Shown here one piece after another: positions 61,750-64,000 of a DNA stretch of 64,000 nt. Source of the stretch: Eledone cirrhosa. Taxonomy: Eukaryota. The notes beneath the pieces are model-generated. The model had not been told where the DNA came from. It worked only from the letters and a program-made list of their open reading frames with translations, and did not search any database. Location: the NCBI GenBank assembly GCA_964016885.1, contig OZ024742.1, positions 161,696,001-161,760,000 of the forward strand, in the 5' to 3' direction. A program made the translations under genes and the position numbers. Numbering within the stretch: position 1 is the first letter of the stretch; each line of letters opens with the position of its first letter.

Positions 61750-63833
61750 ATGGCAGACAGTAAACGACCATCTGGTGCTCAGTATCGCAAACGCAAACTT
61801 GAAAAAGAAAGGGAACTTGCAAAGCAAAAAGGATCATTTCTAAAATAACTTTGCAAAGGGAGAGAGACTGAAGGTGATGATGATGATGATGAAAATAACT
61901 CTATTTCTGTTTCTATTGATGAATTCTATGATGTAGGTATCATACAGCCAGGAAATGAAGATATTCAGAAACAGAGTGTAAGGATGATGGATCAATCGAA
62001 AAATGAAGTTTTAAATCTAAGTTACAGAGATTCTGCCAGCTGGCAAAAAAAGTGTAATGATAATATTAGAAGGCTACTAGTTCAACATGGACTGGAACAA
62101 GTTAAAAATATAAAGTTTCCTAAAGATAAGAATCGGAGAAAATTTTCAAACATTCATTATACTAGAAAGTTAATTAATAGTGAAGAAATTAACCGTAACT
62201 GGTTACGATATTCAGTATTACAAGACTGTGTTCTGCTTTTGCTGTAAATTGTTTAGTAAAAAAATAGCTAGTCTATCAACTCTTGCAGTACATGGATCTG
62301 CAGATTGGAAAAATATGTCAGCTATGATCTCATGAAAAATCAACTGAACATTTTGAAAACTTTAATAACTGGAAAGAATTGGATTTGCGATTAAACAGAA
62401 TGCAACAATTGATGAGGAAAATGCTCGTCTAATAAAACAAGAAGAACAATATTGGAGACATATTTTAGAACGTTTATTAGCTTTAGTTCGGACACTTGGT
62501 GGACAAAATTTAGCCTTCAGAGGATCTGTTGATAAACTGTTTATTGCTGGAAATGGAAACCTTCTTAAGTTTGTAGAATATCTTGCTCTGTTTGATCCAA
62601 TAAGTGTTTCTACTTTAGGCACACAGCCAGCAATTACCCAGTGCATTACTGGTACTTTATTTTATCGACCCCGTAAGGATGAAAGGCAAAGTCAACCTCG
62701 GCGAGATTGTTTGATCCAATAATGAAAGAACACTTGAGAAGAATTAGAGATAATGAAACCCATATACATTACCTTGGTAAAGAAATGCAAAATGAACTGA
62801 TACAGCTATTGTCAAATGTTATTATACATGAAATAGTAAAGTCCTGTCAATCAGCTAAATATTTTTCAATTATACTGGACTGTACTCCAGATGTAAGTCA
62901 CACAGAACAAATGACATTGGGAATAAGATTCATTGATATGTGAATGGATGAAGTCAAGATTCGTGAACATTTTGTGACATTTATTAAACTGGTGCATTTA
63001 TGTCTGAATGTCTTCTACAAAAATTGGAAGAACTCGGGTTACCTATGGTAAATATACGTGGACAAGGCTATGATAACGGGAGCAACATGAAAGGCAAACA
63101 TAGTGGAGTTCAAAAAAGAATTCTAGACCTTAATCCTGGTGCCTTTGTTCCTTGCAGTAGCCATTCACTAAATTTAGTTGTGAATGATGCAGCAAAATGT
63201 TGTCTAGAGGCCACTCGTTTCTTTGATATATTGCAACATATTTGTGTTTTTTTTCAAGTGCAACCTATCGTTGGGAAGTTTTGATGAAACATGTGCCAAC
63301 TCTAACAGTAAAACGTTTGAGTGATACATGATGGGAGAGTCGTATTGAAGCCTCTGCGTTACCAGCTTGGCCCTGTGTATGATGCACTAACTGAACTAGC
63401 TGATAATACTAATCTCACTGGATCATCTGGTAATACAACACAATGTGATGCTGAAGCCCTAGCAAATGTTATATCAAATTATAAATTTATTGCTTGCCTT
63501 GTTTGGTACAATATTTTATTTGAAATTAATATAACAAGTAAATTACTGCAAGAAAAAGACTTTGATATTCAGGCTGCACTTCAGCAGTTAAAACAAACAA
63601 AATCATTTCTTGAAAATAGCAGAACAGATGAAGCATTTCAAAGAAATTTGGTTGATGCTTCAGAGATAGCAAGAGAACTTGAAGTTCCATCGGAATTCGA
63701 AAATGAAAAACAAAGAATTAGAAGAAAAAAAAGACAGTTTCAATATGAAAGAATAGATGAACCAATTCAGGATCTGAAGGAAAAGTTCAAGATAGAGTTT
63801 TATTTTACTATATTGGACACAACAATTCAATAA
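61750..63833 (+). pseudogene. hAT transposase pseudogene (ZMYM1-like), lacking the C-terminal dimerization domain
   Basis: [80 protein letters not shown]; multiple stops, frameshifts and a SINE insertion. Confidence 0.9.
62604..62707 (-). mobile_element. 5'-truncated SINE with 15-bp TSD inside the hAT transposase
   Basis: TSD TGTTTGATCCAATAA at 62589-62603 and 62708-62722. Confidence 0.92.
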
Positions 63834-64000
63834 TAGCTTGCGCCAGCCCTGGTCATTGGTCAGGTCATTGATGAAGTGAAGCAAGCTTTGCCTGCCTGTC
63901 GGCTTGTTATTGTTAATCGATTTTATTCTCACTACCCTCATCTGCCTGTCTGCTTGTCGCTTGCTTTCATATAATATAAACACGGCCGCTGGCTATCGAC

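Larger units (their letters stand above)
60465..63851 (+). mobile_element. hAT DNA transposon (Tip100/ZMYM1-like), internally deleted
   Basis: TIRs CAGGGCCGGCG / CGCCAGCCCTG; perfect 8-bp TSD GTCATTGG at 60457-60464 and 63852-63859. Confidence 0.92.
60275..64000. mobile_element. Outer hAT (Tip100-like) element; left end visible, interrupted by an inner hAT, runs off the window
   Basis: Sub-terminal GGATTGGCCTATCGAGCAACCGGGCAAATGCCAGAACGGCCGG resembles hAT-Tip100 ends as recalled. Similar GC-richer sequence resumes after 63859. The right end is not in the window. Confidence 0.5.

Noticed and set aside
61984-63833. Host ZMYM1-like gene
   Set aside because: Enclosed by TIRs and an 8-bp TSD, with many stops and frameshifts: a dead transposase, not a domesticated gene.

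Overview
This is eukaryotic, AT-rich, microsatellite-dense DNA; the SINE/LINE repertoire suggests a mollusc, probably an octopus (inference). It contains one host gene on the minus strand, a 7-exon LDLRAP1/ARH-like clathrin adaptor (CDS 39498->23933, 303 aa, all phases consistent). Almost everything else is transposon-derived. (1) Five copies of one CR1-clade LINE; one is near full length (6556-~16479, minus) and has its PHD-type ORF1 split by a young Gypsy LTR retrotransposon (10143-15205; identical 264-bp LTRs, 4-bp TSD, single gag-pol ORF apparently missing the protease DTG). (2) A non-coding LTR element (55439-57430) with the same unusual TG...TA termini and a tRNA-Trp-type PBS. (3) RTE LINE fragments, many tRNA-derived SINEs, and Tc1/mariner and piggyBac MITEs. 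(4) A hAT transposon with 8-bp TSD nested in another hAT. The most striking structure is a (TATG)n microsatellite at 40.9-44.9 kb holding five insertions: two different R4-clade restriction-like-endonuclease retrotransposons and three copies of a ~604-bp non-autonomous RTE-like element. Several dsRNA-forming inverted repeats lie inside or just downstream of the LDLRAP1-like gene. All calls are from manual reading; no database searches were run.
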